Assembly (NCBI GenBank): GCA_002633005.1
Contig: NMRA01000262.1
Coordinates: 465,894 to 529,893 of the forward strand
Origin: Phoronis australis
Lineage: Eukaryota; Animalia; Phoronida
Length of the DNA: 64,000 nucleotides
Direction: 5' to 3'
The position numbers and the translations under genes were made by a program. This document shows, one piece after another, positions 26,744 to 40,265 of this stretch. Within the stretch, counting starts at the first letter, position 1. Every line of letters begins with the position of its first letter. The notes under the pieces are model-generated. The model was given only the letters and a program-made list of their open reading frames with translations, did not search any database and was not told where the DNA came from.

Positions 26744-27469
26744 GCAGAGGTTTAAATAATTCCCATCATGCATTTTTTAGTTTTTGAGGTTTCAGTTAGC
26801 TAATATGAAATGAATACCATAAAATCTAACTAAATAACCACTATTTCTGCCAAATAACCACGAATTTAATATTGAAGAACATTTGGTTATTTGTAAGTTT
26901 CCCACCAAATGATGTAATGGGTGGAAGACGTTTGGTCACTTGATAATCAGTTCTAATGGCGAAACAGAGCAGATCAGAAGACGAGGACGATTTTGAGCGA
27001 GAACTGGACAATTTTTATGCAGACACAGAAGAGAGGTGATACGGGAATCACACTCAAGTACTTGAAGAATCAGACAATGAAGTTGATTTCCCACTGAGCG
27101 AACCTTTGTCGGGTTTGAGGCCGTATGAAGTCGTCCCACTTGCACGAGAAATGTTGCAGACAGATGTGAGACACAACCAATTGGACCAAGAGGTGGTTAA
27201 TTTCCACGGAGTAGACACTGGCAAGGGCCACAGAAAACCTGGGCCACTCGTGTCCAATATTGCCATGATGGAGCATCTTCTGCACAATGCCAGCCTACCG
27301 TGCGTGTCGTACCAGTCGATCTGGGCCAGAGTCGAAGGCCTGGCATCATGCGCTCTTGAATGGAAGCGGTTTGTTCCTTATTTACAAAATTTGCAATACA
27401 CTTACAAGGTATTGAGTCCTCATCATAACGCCTCTTTGTGTTTGGTCGAAACACGACTTTGAGTTGTGG

Positions 27470-27641
27470 CTCTCGACTGAATCGCGTGTTCCACACTTAC
27501 ATTCCACACTCTCACGCGACGCACAAACCGACGCCATTTCTGTGCAACTTTCACGTAGTTCACATGTTATAGAAAATTTGAACACAAGACGTTCTCAGTC
27601 AAGTTGATGTTACTGCAGTCCCCACAAGCGCACCTTTTCAT
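27470..27641 (-). pseudogene. THAP-domain remnant (DNA transposon-derived)
   Basis: MKRCACGDCSN... then, after disruption, VAQKWRRFVRRVRVW, matching the THAP C-x4-C...W pattern. Confidence 0.5.
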
Positions 27642-27829
27642 GTTTGAAAAAAGCGACGCTCTGCGGAATCCCTCAGAACTACTCAGTGTCGCACTAGTAA
27701 AAACAACAACGGCGGAGACGGTCTTCCATCCATTAAGTACAAACCCGATAACAGAATAATGTTTGATTTTTTTCTTAGCACCAGGTATACTAAAGACTAT
27801 TAAGAGTGAATTCATGTAAAAATCATCAG

Positions 27830-30125
27830 GTAAAATCTATACCCAAAATCTCAGATTTCTCAGACTCACTTTTCAAGAATTTTCATCCATTTCTCTTAAC
27901 ATGATCTATACCTCCATTTTGCAAATAAATTGGGCGACGAAGTAGACATGTTTGATGCATTTTACTAGCATGTATAGTAAGCTGATAAATGAGTGAACCA
28001 GTCGGAAAGGACTGTGATTGATTAATTTAATGGCACAATTTTCCAAATCTATTTTCAAATCTGTATACTTTGACTTTGTTTGGCAAAAACGGCTATTGTA
28101 AACGTTTTCACTGAAGCCATTTTCGGCTAAATTTGGCACTCTCTAGCAGCCATATTACACTTTTCCATGAACTGACTTTCTAACTGATAATTTGCTCAGT
28201 CATTCCTAACCTGTTCATAATCTAAAATAAAAAATCTTGCCTTTTCCGTAATTTTTGCTTACGAAGCATTACACACTTGGTCCTATTTGCCTGTTCTCAG
28301 TTGCCTCAACCATCAACAGGGTGCTCTTGGAACAGGTAATTAACTTGCAAAAATACGACGTAAATAACTTGTATATTAGAGAAAAAACAGAAAGCATTGC
28401 TAATTACCATTTCCTGAAAACCACACTGATGATTATTGCTATTACAAAAATTGTGTACAAAAATTATGACTGACATGCGCACTTCCTCTGTATGATAGAT
28501 GGCGTTGCTGTTAGTTTCCATGCTCTCGTTCCTTGTCTTCGTTGTGTGAGCCGCTGGCGTAGGAACGGGGAGGCTAAGGCCCACTCTTCAGTGCGAACAA
28601 TTCGTCAACTCTCATTGCAATTTTGCGTTCATATTTCAATGTCCGCGCAGATTGCAATCCCGTGTGCACCCCCCGTCACCCCAACAACATCGGGTATTTT
28701 TGACAGTGCGGCAAACATTCAAGGTCAATCGAAAACAGTCCATGAACGACAATTTTGATGATGACTCAGTTCATGACTGACATTAGGTCCCCAAACTTCG
28801 GTCAACATAAGTAACGGTCTAGACACAAGCATTCCGAGTGACAGCCTGTGTGGCGTACCAAAGGAAGGGGTCAGGCGTCCCAGATGTTCTCCAAGGGTGG
28901 CACCAGGCATCTGTTAACTGAGGGGATTTCCACAGCTACCGACCGGGTTGAGGAAAGGGGGAATGGTGCCACTTGAGGCGTCGACGGGAAGGAGGCAACA
29001 AAATGCTCGCTACGCTACTGGACTGACTACTGTCATTTCAGGTGTTCAGGGTACAGAAATTTTCTGCTTGGGTGAAACCCGACACCAAATTTTCTTCGGT
29101 GAACATAGCATCTCATTTGACTCCACGGCTGGTCCTGATCAGTCACAAATTTACCTACTCTGGATAGTGGGAGCTCACCTTATGACACTGGCCTTGATTT
29201 ATAAGGTACTTTACAGCATCTCAGATGTTCTGAAGTGCCTTTAGTGATGCACTTTTGTGTTAACAAGTCTCTAAACCAAAGGGCAGGACCTTCGTTCTCC
29301 ATTTTGTCTTTAAGCATATGATACCCTCAAAGCAGATGTGACAAATAAAAATTCTCACAAGTGCATTTGATTCCATTTAAAAACTCTAAAGAGTGTTTAA
29401 ATTTACCTGATAATGAAAGAAAACGAGAGAGTACAAGTTGTTTATATGTCCTCAAACCTAATGTGAACTGAATCTTGGGCAAAGGTCACCAAATTCAGTT
29501 TTGATAGTGACCGCGCACTACGTCCAGAAAACAACTTGTTTTCGGTTGAAAGAGTTTAGACTTGATTTTAGTAACAATTTAATGCAGAATTCATGTTCAA
29601 ATTTTCGCTCAAATGGTCTGTAAACTCTGCTCATCATTTTCGAAGTAGACAGTTTTGCAAGGCAGTTTTCACTAAAATGTAAAGTTGAGGCAAGATATTT
29701 TTGTTCATTTATCAAGATTGACCCCCCCCCCTTGTTCAAAAAGTTACTTAAAGCTAAAAAGGTGAAATATGGCGGTAAGAGGGTCACAAAAACAGACACT
29801 AAAAATAGCTAAGAAAAGTGGTCTGTGGATTATATTCTCTGTCTATTGCAAAGCTGTCAAATTTGAAAAAATCCAAATAATTATGGACAGTATGCCAAAC
29901 ACCAAAGAACAAATTTCAATCTAAGTTTGTAAGTTACTTATTTTTATTGCTGACCATGTCCAATTGCGGTCTAATACTACAGCGGCGAAATTAGGGGTCA
30001 TTGAGTGCAAAAAATGTGCCATTTAGATTTTTTTTACAAAACCTATCCATTTACAAAAACTGAGGTTGTTTTGAATTTTGACTGATTTTTGAAAATCTAC
30101 TGGTTTTTATATAGATTGCCTCTTG
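27830..30125. mobile_element. Non-autonomous DNA transposon, copy 2 (inverted relative to 5347-7350)
   Basis: Ends gactgatttttgaaaatctactggtttttatatagattgcctctt. ORFs 6932-7117 and 27906-28139 share sequence (PNLAEN...FC.TKSKYT.LKI). Confidence 0.65.
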
Positions 30126-30309
30126 AGATGTCTTTTTGAGACACAGGGTTTTGGTGAGAACTCTTTAAGCTGGATTGAAAAATCAGTAGTTGAAGCTGTT
30201 TATCCATCTTTCGTTATATTAACAAATTCAACCACGTGTTTTTAATCTTGTCGCACTATTGCTAGGACAAAATCATACGCGCTTAAAACATTCAAAGTGA
30301 TTCAGCACA

Positions 30310-30384
30310 CTAACCGTCATCTTGCATTTGTTGTATTTCGGATTCTGAAAACTTGTTCAGGAACTCGTCAACTTCGTTTTCAGT
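30310..30384 (-). CDS. Cationic Cys-hairpin peptide precursor A, exon 2 (acidic propiece)
   Basis: Acceptor ggtttttatttcag|, phase 0. TENEVDEFLNKFSESEIQQMQDDG*. One nucleotide difference from 39791-39865. Confidence 0.85.
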   Translation of the reverse strand, partial: TENEVDEFLNKFSESEIQQMQDDG

Positions 30385-30929
30385 CTGAAATAAAAACCAT
30401 GGAAAAGTCTTGAGAATACATGCAGAATAGGTTAACGTTATAAAGTTGTTCTAATACAGTGGTTGCAAACGAGTAGTCAAACGTTGGTGTATGAAGATAA
30501 AGATATAGTTGTTGCCTGTGACCAAAATGTGTGTATTGTATGCGTGTCGTTTGCACCGTAGTTTTTTGAGACGAATAAATCACAAAAAACACATCAATAG
30601 GAAATTCTAATTGCCTAAACAATCTATTCGAGCAGCAGCCTATTAATTTCACGCACAAATACTTAGCAGTGGGACTGACAACACCCGAGGGCGTGGCAAT
30701 GAGTTGAAACTTGTGTGCATATTTTTGTTATTTAGGACGTATGTGCTTTTGACCGTCAAAGTTTAAAAGAAACACCACGTCTTGGCATGTATCAATTTTC
30801 CCAGAAATGAAAAGTTTTGCGCTTTGTTGTACTCCAATAACTACAATAGACCACAGAAGAACGCACTGAACTGCAAGTACTCCTCAAACACTATTCTGGA
30901 AACCCTAAAGGGTCAAGCAGTTGTATATT

Positions 30930-32660
30930 GGCCCAGAAAACGTAATTGTGGATCACTTTCCCCATTTTACAGGCTGTAACCTCACCTGTTCAGATCCCTC
31001 CTCAGCAATCAGCTGCTACCCACTGGCGAACAAATATATTTCGTATTGTTCTAAAACATCTTCGAACCCCTCGACCCACGACCCCCACGCCCCCCTACAC
31101 AAACTCGACTCGATAGAACAAGCGCTGACTTGCAGGACCCCAATGAGCTCGACTGGCTTTTCCATGTTTTTTTGCAATTAAGAGTAGTGGATTCGGCTAA
31201 TGAATGGACTAACTGCCTGTCTCAGTCACAGGGCTAAAGAATGGACTGACTGCCTGTCTCAGCTCCAGAGCTGGCGAATGTACTATCTACCTGTCTCAGC
31301 CCCAGGGCTAACAGCTACCTGCACTTGCACTCATTGATCTCTTAATTTTTACTGATAGGGCTTCAAATGTTCCAAAACAATTTCATATCGAAATCAACAA
31401 TTTCTTCGTGATTGTTCTAAAGCTTCCTCGAGCCCCGCACCCCACGATCCCCTGGACCCACGATCCCCTCGACCCATGGCTTACAACTCCTTCCACCCAG
31501 TCCAAACAAGTTCGACTCCATCTGAACATAACAGAAGCCCTGACTTGCGGAACCAACAATTGGGCCGTGAGCTCGACTGAATATTTCTTGTTTTTTTTGC
31601 AATTAAGAGAGTCGATTCGACAATTTTGAAAGCCAAAAACAACGTGACCAAATCAAATCAAAGACCTACCAACTTTACAAATGTCGTTCCTGTCAGAGTG
31701 TAATCATCTCGTCTGCTCTTCAGTGAATGGCAGATTCAACCTTTTTTGCTGAGGGTACGAGGAACCGACAAAACTTTAATTTCATAGGTAAATATAGTTT
31801 GAAAAAACAAATTGTTACTAAAAATATTTGAACGTTATATCGAGTATATTGTAAATGAGTACAAACAAAAAGCAAATAATAAAAATGTGAAATCATGTAC
31901 ATTCACGTTAACGTACTCTCTCTCTAAGTTTAGTAGAACTTGGCCATTGGAAGACGCTCGTGGAACTAATTCGTGAAAACGATAGCGCGCTTACCCTCTG
32001 ACACTGCGCCACCTATACTGAAAAGTGGCCCTGTGGAAACATGATGAGCGACACACGGAATTTCGTCTGTTGGCATCAATGCGCATGCCTTGGTCGAAAG
32101 TATACCGATCACATCGCCACCACTTGCACACGCCTTTGAGCGTAAGCCACTGGGTCGGGGTTCTCTTGAATCGATCACTGTCCGTTTTAATAAATTGCAA
32201 CTATTCTAGCCAAAGGTGGTCGTCATACTATCTCACAGTAAACTTGAAGAGGTTTCCCAGAATTCAACCAGTGGGAATGGCTGAATGTTATGACGTAGGT
32301 TTCATTACTTTATCCAGTGAGAAGGCATGTTAAACAACATTCTACAGTGCACTGTGAAAGAGTGTATAGCGCGCAAACAATGCGCTATTTCAGATCACGT
32401 TCTAACGCCACTTTCTGTTTTTAATCACCAAACTTGAGCCAGAGGAGACTCGCGTGTAGGTATGTCTTATGGGAAGACCTTCAGCGACGTTATGAGATTA
32501 TGAAATATGTAAAAAGCGCAAAAATACCTATATTGTCACAGGTCGTGGGTCGAGGGAGTTGTGGGTCGAGGGGGTTGTGGGTCGACGGGTTCGTGGGTCG
32601 AGGGGGTTGTGGGTCGAGGGGGTCGTGGGGCTTGTGGATCGAGGGGGCTTAGAACAATCC
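30930..32660. repeat. Repeat pieces inserted in the intron of peptide gene A
   Basis: cccctcgacccacgacc-rich segments and the gcaattaagagagtcgattcg block recur at ~15190-15520, ~34640-34800 and 50560-51530. Confidence 0.7.
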
Positions 32661-32784
32661 GAATATTTTTCATCATTTGCCCATAAATCAATATTCGGAT
32701 ATTTTTCGGCATAATGAGATCCACTGAATGTGCACCAAACATTTATTTCGGCGTATTTTCAAACCAACCGGCCTGCTTACTTAC

Positions 32785-32997
32785 CATTTCCCTTTTTGAA
32801 ATCCTTGAACACGCTAATTTGCACGCAGCTGCAGCAGCTACATTGCTAATGGCTAAACAGGCAGCGTAGCAAGCGGGCTTTCGGATGCGACTCCATCTAA
32901 TTCGAATTCTTGGAGTCCATCTGCCGGCCTGACAAGACTCTAAAGTAAGAGCCACGAGAAAGCACAAGACCAAGACACTAGCTGTGGAAGGTTTCAT
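32785..32997 (-). CDS. Cationic Cys-hairpin peptide precursor A, exon 1 (putative antimicrobial/toxin peptide)
   Basis: MKPSTASVLVLCFLVALTLESCQA (signal peptide) then GRWTPRIRIRWSRIRKPACYAACLAISNVAAAAACKLACSRIS-KR-EM and donor ATG|gtaagt. TATA box upstream; paralog at 40266-40478. Confidence 0.9.
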
Positions 32998-33045
32998 GAT
33001 AAAGTTGTCACGATTTAATGTGATAATACAGGACAGACTCGCAGC

Positions 33046-33051
33046 TTTATA
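33046..33051 (-). promoter_or_regulatory. TATA box of peptide gene A
   Basis: CTATAAAG about 50 nt upstream of the ATG, same position in gene B. Two CCAAT motifs further upstream in both copies. Confidence 0.7.
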
Positions 33052-35781
33052 GTCGGCACAATCTTTAATTCCTTGTGAAAATTGGTAATTCTGATTGAAG
33101 CACATTGGTCAAATGAAGATTAATACAATTATGGACAACAGTAAATATGTATAAATATGTATTCTTGCAATTTATTTATTAAGCAGATATGACAGATAAG
33201 TGAGTGCAGGAAAGTAGATTGGCATTTATGAGGGTTGTCAGATACATTCATGTAAGCGTAATCGAACGACTCGGTGTGTGGACGACTACTCGGGGCTTTT
33301 GCATAGGATACGAATACTGGACGTGTCGGTCAGAAGGTCGTTTTTCACGACCAGTTTGCCTACAAAAGCGTGCGCGCACCCAGAGGGGGCTCGACGGGCT
33401 CGAGCGAGCCCCCACCCCATTTAATGAAGTGAGCAGAGAAACGAAAACTCCGAATAAAGTAGAAAACGAGAAAAAATTCCAGTAAAAAAGGCAGGAACTA
33501 CCATATTTTGGTGATGCACAGTTCATAGCTCTTGAGAAGAATGATTTTTTCGTGGATGCTCCCTACACATATGAGTCTTCATTTTATGACTCTGTTACAG
33601 AACGGTAAGCCAGCTTATTTGTCTGTTGGATGCTAAAAGTCACATGGGTCGGGAAAGTCTTGATAGAATATCTACAGGCGGTAGGATTTAACGTAAAATT
33701 TAGCGTCAAAAATGAGACTTTTGATTATGGGCGTTAAGTCTGACACTTTGTTTGCGCAAACGAGTAATGTAATGGCAGGTCGGTCGGATGTAATCAAGAT
33801 ATTGAAGCTCGTTTAACAGGCAGTGCTGACATCCACCAAACAAAAACACGAATTGGTTCGTCAATAAGACCACAATGCTTGATTACTGCTACAACAGATT
33901 GACTAAAATCAGCAAGTGTTTAGATATAATCGTATCATATGATCAAAGGATCAAAAGCATTTTAATGTAACCACACTGAGATCTGCCCCACATATATAGA
34001 GAGTTACAGTCAAAGGATAAAGTGGGAAAATTGCAAATTATCAAATGCATAGGCAGGCTGTATGCTGAGGCAGAGTGATGAACAACATGCGCAGACTGCA
34101 CAGTCTTCACAGACTGCACCGAAAACATTATAGCAATAAAATTTGTACAACGAAACCATGGGAATACCTGTAAGCAGTGTCAATTGAATCAAAATTCTGA
34201 AATAAAAACAACAATCTTGAACAGAAAGTAGGAACGATCTTACGAGATTTCACAAAAATTTCGAAGTTTTTCAGTTAGTATGTGCACTACTAACAAAACC
34301 AAATTTCAGAAATTTTAAAATAATGTGGGCGGTGTTACAGTCGCAGGTAGTAAATATTCTCCAGTGCTACATGACCTATATTTTCCATAATGGTACGGAC
34401 ATAACCAAATGCAGGTAGTAAATATTCTCCAGTGCTACATGACCTATATTTTCCATAATGGTACGGACATAACCTAATGCAGCACCTTGAGGTTGTGTAT
34501 ATAGCTCAAGAACTTTTAATGCTACACTCCACCGATCATACTTCATGTAACGTTAACCTTCTTTTTTAGTTAACAGATTATTTTTAAACTGTATTTTCTA
34601 AAGAAATAAGAAAATCGTCGGTTCTTCGCACTCTCCCAAAAAGCTTAAAACCTTCCATTCACTGAATAGCAGACGAGACGACAACAATTTGCCTGCAACA
34701 TTTGTAACGTTGGTAGATCTTAGATTTGATTTGATTTGTTCGCGTTGTTTTTTTTTCTAGTTTTGGCTTTTAAACTTACGTAACCGACTTTCTGTTACAG
34801 AACGCGGTAGAAAATAGCTTAAACAGATATCAAACTGCCTTAAATCGCAAAAGCGAGTTTTGATTTTGACATCCGACCGTTTTGAAATTGGAGTCAAATT
34901 GGATATGATTTCAGATCAGAGTTGAGTTTCATTGACCGCAATTTTTTAGTTTTTTCATCTGGCTTAAAGTCTTTGAGGTTAGAACGGAAACAATTAAGGA
35001 ATTCTCTCCCATAATCCGCAATCTACATGTCATCGTATCATTGCTTCGGTGACCGCCATTTTGTTAGCCTTGTAAGCTCTCCAGAATACTCACGAATCAC
35101 AAGCTTTTTAATAGCCTGATTTTGCGAGATATCGTTTTCTACTCAAGAAACTAGGTCCACGGAACGCCCTCCCGAATTTGCTAAGTGACGAGTTATTTTA
35201 TGAGCCGAGAATGTTGTAAAGCCTAATGAATTGCCAGTTCTTTCCAAATCCAGAATCACTTCCAATTTGTGTAAGGAACAGTTTGAGACCAAATTTAAAG
35301 CGGTAAAAGGTATAAATCAAAAGTTGCCTCTAGGGTGGAACGCTATTGTGGTATACATTGTAGTCTGGGACGACAACACTTAAAGAATCCTGCACGAGTC
35401 TCAGGTTTATGACATGGGCAAAACCTAATGGAGATTTCTTCAAAATCCCGAGGCCTGTCATTTCATCAATCTGAGACGAGTGTAGGATTTGTTTTCTCAC
35501 ACGAACCGTAAAAACGATCTTTTTGGTGAAGAACTTAACGTGTCTAAAACTTTCAACCACAATACGCAGCTTTTGTAAAAACAGGCTCGCGTAATGTAAA
35601 GTAATTCAGTTACTTTTTGTTAATAGTTTTATTTTAAGCTTAGCAATTATAAATTGCATTCAGCTTTCGTAGCAAATGTTCAAGTTAGAATCAAATAGAT
35701 AGTATTTGAAGTAGTATTATTATAGCTTAAAGAATTTTTATAAATAAGTCAGTAAGGCTTCCCCGCACGTGAGCACTGAAT

Positions 35782-37379
35782 GGGGCTATTCGGAGACTTC
35801 TCCTCGCGGTGTCGCTGCTGTACTAGTGGTGATTGAATTGCACATGCGTCACTGTCTCCAGGTAAACAGCTGGTAAAAAGCACAGGCGTCCTCAGCTTCT
35901 GATCGTCCACAATACACTATATAATATACTACAAGGTATGACACTCCGGACTAGAAATTCCATTAGTGCTTCACTTCAGCCGTCCATAGCAAACACAAAA
36001 CTAAATAAATTTACACAAAACAGAGGTTCAACAAACCATGAGGAATTGTTCTTTCTACCAATGCCATTTACGGTGTCCTGCTTCACCCAGCTCGCAAGTT
36101 TTTGAGACAATTTCAAACCTTTTTATTTTTGATACTTTGAGCAATTTTAAACTCCGATTACAGAATCATGGGTCTGTCAAGCATCTAAGGCTGAGGGAAC
36201 CGTATCTTAGACTTTTTATTTTTCTTCTAATAGAAGATCATTTAAAAAATTATGGATAATCTTTCTGTTGTGTAAGAGTAATTACAAATCGTAAGGCTCC
36301 ATAAAAATGCAATTTTCACACGAAATGGAAGTCATTTGAATTTATAAACGACTTGCAACCTTTCAGGGCATGAATTAGACTATTCAGTCACTGAGAATTC
36401 AGATAATGTAATATATTTTTATGGGTTTACAATTGATAGCAAAACAGTTTCATGAAATAAACTTGAAGGAACTTCATGAAGGTTAAGAATTATCTCACCA
36501 TGCTCTTTCCCCCAAACATGTATTACGTGTTATTTCCACACATTCAGTTGCACCAAATATTACAAGCCCTATGCCAATCCCCCTCTAAGGACCTGAATAA
36601 GTAAGTTAAAAATTGCTGTTCCTTTTCAAAGGCTTTGTTTGTTGTCTTCAATATAGAAAATAAGCTTTGACAACAGGTCTGCACTGGAAGGGGAGATCTT
36701 GCTGGTCAGCTGCAGTCAAACACTTAAAACTAATTTTTGTCCATTCAGGGAAATCTCCTATGCACGGTACAAGCCCTCAAACCTAAAAACCAAAGGTCAC
36801 GTGGAAACAGACATGATAGATTCCATTTCAACGTGTAATAGATTTCCGGAAGACATAGGATAGGGAGTAAACAAATAGTCTAATGGATATTTGTCACGTA
36901 CCCTTTGCCATTGGGCTTGGATTTTAATCTTAACTCACTATCCAATATCGAGTTGACAGCATAAACATTCAGCATTAATTGATGTAACTGTCACTGATAA
37001 ACCTTTCAGAAATCATTCCAAACAATAATACTGCTTTGATGTACGAAAAGATCCCGAGTGCTACGTCAAGTATCGTAACGAACATCACAACAAAGATTAA
37101 TCCGCCTGGCGACTGCCGCGAAGTCGACATCGAAGAGTACCTCGGTTAACACAGGCATCTGTAGAATAAACATGGAATAATCGTTAAAATAATCACAAAC
37201 CTTACCTTTGTATAAGTGCGTGCTTACTTCCTCTCACAGAAGCACCCTTTTCAGATTCAGTTGGCACGGCTGCAAGCCATTTCACCATGTATTTAAAGGG
37301 TTCACGAAATCGAGGCTGCTTATCTATTACCACTAGTACACGCGCGCCCTCTAGTTAAGATAAATTTCCGAATAGCCCC
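35782..37379 (-). mobile_element. Non-autonomous ISL2EU/PIF-Harbinger-like DNA transposon
   Basis: TIRs ggggctattcgga...tccgaatagcccc flanked by AT. Internal SAP-like exon KGASVRGSKHALIQ(R)|gtaagg (~37207-37290) and SWIM-like VFDCS*PA (~36700-36722). Nested MITE fragment at 35881-36080. Confidence 0.55.
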
Positions 37380-38263
37380 ATTGACGTGGAGACAGCACAG
37401 CTAGACAGTTTCGCCGTCTCTATTTGAATAAACGTGGATATGGAATTCGCCGCCGAATACCAGATGGGTCCGTTTGAGTAGTTGTCTGCATGGCCTTCCG
37501 ACTGGGAGACGTACGTACAGTTGCGACACCCGATTTGTCAATCATAACCTTGTCACCTCGGAATTCCGTTATTGTTTGGTTTGCGCGCGTTTGGTTGTTT
37601 TAGGGTTTGCAGGCGATAAAATGCAAGGCGTATGAATTTCTACTTTGCACTACTTTGTGATTCGCCCTTGTAATACATGAGGGCACTCAGCCTACGTATA
37701 GGGGGCTCGAATTTTTCGGTGTACGGACCTTTTAGTGAAGGAAATCAACGAGGACTAAAAACAAACGGGGCCACAAGCTTCAGGTCCACGAATTGTGCAT
37801 CCGCGCCGACTTCCCGTGGGATTTTGTGGATTTTTTTGTTTACTGAGACTTTTTGTTTCACTGAGACCTACCTTTTTGCCCAATTCGCCAAATTGGGGGG
37901 CTCGTTCGAGCGCCCCAATCCCCCCCTGGGTGCGCCCATNCCCCCTGTGTGCGCCCATGTAATATTAAAAAATTAGTACTCTGTTCGGTGATATTAACCA
38001 GTCGTGGCGTGACACATTCCAGGTCATGCGAGAAATATGTACATGTGCGCACAGTGCAGCAATATTTGTTATCTTAAACGCGGTATAATATAAGCTTTAA
38101 GCAATGTATGTTTTTTAACAGAAGAATAATGGTAGTTAGGTGTTGCACAAATTTTGGCATGTTAGTCGCCTCAAACTTTTGGCATGTTAGTGTCAAACTT
38201 GCTTCATCCTAGTTTAATTTGCAAACATCTTTTCCGACTCAGTGTGACTAAAAACTAAGTTTA

Positions 38264-39067
38264 TTTCGAAATGTTACCTTTTTCTTCCATGACTTCTGCA
38301 AGTATTACTCAACGGAATTGAGTGAGTAAGGTTATCCGCACATTTAAAATTACTGTGAATGTATTTTAGTACAACGTCTAAAATGAATGGCAAATTCACG
38401 AATAACTCCAGCAATGTATTTGAATATTTGTATTTATTTTTCTCTAAGTTAGACATAACTTATACGACATTCAATGTGCGATAGTTCAGAAATTCAATCA
38501 ATATGACAATAATCTACCAAGCTGGCCAACTTCCGATTCTGAACAACATTAAGCAAAGTCACTAGGCAATTCCCGGCGGTTGGCGTCACTGTCTTCAAAA
38601 GCACCTAAAATTGTAAAACATACGCAATAGCACGCACTCAAGAAACTTTCAAGAGGAAACGTTTNGTTTCGAAATGTTACCTTTTTATTCCATGACTTCT
38701 GCAAGTATTACTCAACGGAATTGAGTGAGTAAGGTTATCCGCACATTTAATATTACTGTGAATGTATTTTAGTACAACGTCTAAAATGAATGGCAAATTC
38801 ACGAATAACTCCAGCAATGTATTTGAATATTTGTATTTATTTTTCTCTAAGTTAGACATAACTTATACGACATTCAATGTGCGATAGTTCAGAAATTCAA
38901 TCAATATGACAATAATCTACCAAGCTGGCCAACTTCCGATTCTGAACAACATTAAGCAAAGTCACTAGGCAATTCCCGGCGGTTGGCGTCACTGTCTTCA
39001 AAAGCACCTAAAATTGTAAAACATACGCAATAGCACGCACTCAAGAAACTTTCAAGAGGAAACGTTT
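38264..39067. repeat. ~400-bp direct duplication across single N (38665); probable assembly artefact
   Basis: 38264-38664 is repeated at 38667-39067 with a few substitutions. Confidence 0.8.
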
Positions 39068-39790
39068 AGGAGTTCACAACTAACGGTACATAATAGCCAG
39101 TTATTTAGCTTAGCTCGATACGTTCCATTGAACACACTACAGATTGTTGTATTTTCCTCAAACGCAAGGCAGCGCCATCTTTAAAAACTAATCGCAAAGA
39201 TTCATCGCCGCTGGTTTGACTTCTTGAGTTCTAACATTCCGATTTCACCTACATCTGTGCTACACGGATATTAAAAGTTCACATATTGGGGAAAAATTTT
39301 TCAAAGTGTTATGAAGGGCTACATGTGTATGTCGTATGCTTGACAAATAACGATATCAGTCTAATTCAGTTGACATTTTACAGATGGATACAGCACATTA
39401 CAGTGCACTGTGGGTTGACGACGTGGGTTATCCGAAACAGCTACTCAAAACAGAATATATGTACTTATATTTCCAGCCATAAAGTGGCCTGTATATTCCA
39501 CAATTGACAGAGGACACAAGGAAGGAGCCATTTAGCGGACAGTTTCCATGTGCTCTAATATTTTGTTTTTCCGAGTGATATGAATAAGAGTAGGGAGGAC
39601 GACTCATAACATCAAAATATTACATAATCACATTCACTCGTGTAACTGCATAATTACCCAATGCAGAAATTTGCATTCAAGAAATTAAATTTTTGAGACA
39701 TTTTACCAACACGCTGTGTTAACAATTTTATCCGCGATGATTTCTTTACATTCCCAAGCAATATATAAAGTTTCCAATCGTTTCTGCACA

Positions 39791-39865
39791 CTAACCGTCA
39801 TCTTGCATTTGTTGTATTTCGGCTTCTGAAAACTTGTTCAGGAACTCGTCAACTTCGTTTTCAGT
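39791..39865 (-). CDS. Cationic Cys-hairpin peptide precursor B, exon 2 (acidic propiece)
   Basis: Acceptor ggtttttctttcag|, phase 0. TENEVDEFLNKFSEAEIQQMQDDG*. 400-nt intron at 39866-40265. Confidence 0.88.
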   Translation of the reverse strand, partial: TENEVDEFLNKFSEAEIQQMQDDG

Positions 39866-40265
39866 CTGAAAGAAAAACCATGGAAAAGTGTTTGTTGTGA
39901 GAATACATGTGAGTACGTACAGACAGTTTAAACTAATCTCACAAATGTGTTGTAACAGACCCGCGCGTTGCAAACATGTGCAAGAGTCGAACAGTACTTG
40001 TGTATGTATGATGATATAGATAGTTTTTATATTTATACATGTGACCTAAAGCTCGTGTATATTGTGCTTGTAGCTTGCACCATATTTGTTTTAAACGAAT
40101 AAAAAGCAAAAAAAAAACAAATTAGAGTATTTATATGAATCGCCGGTCAATTCAGCTGACCCATAAGTCGGTTAATTCTCTGCAAAATCTGTCACCGCCG
40201 AAGTGTGCGACAATATCAATTTTGAGGAAATAGCCTCATTAGTCTAACTACGTACATGTACTTAC

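Noticed and set aside
32743-33105. ORF-track 120-aa and 97-aa versions of the peptide genes
   Set aside because: The upstream starts lie beyond the TATA box and differ between copies, and the C-termini read into the intron. The spliced 95-aa model is conserved in both copies.
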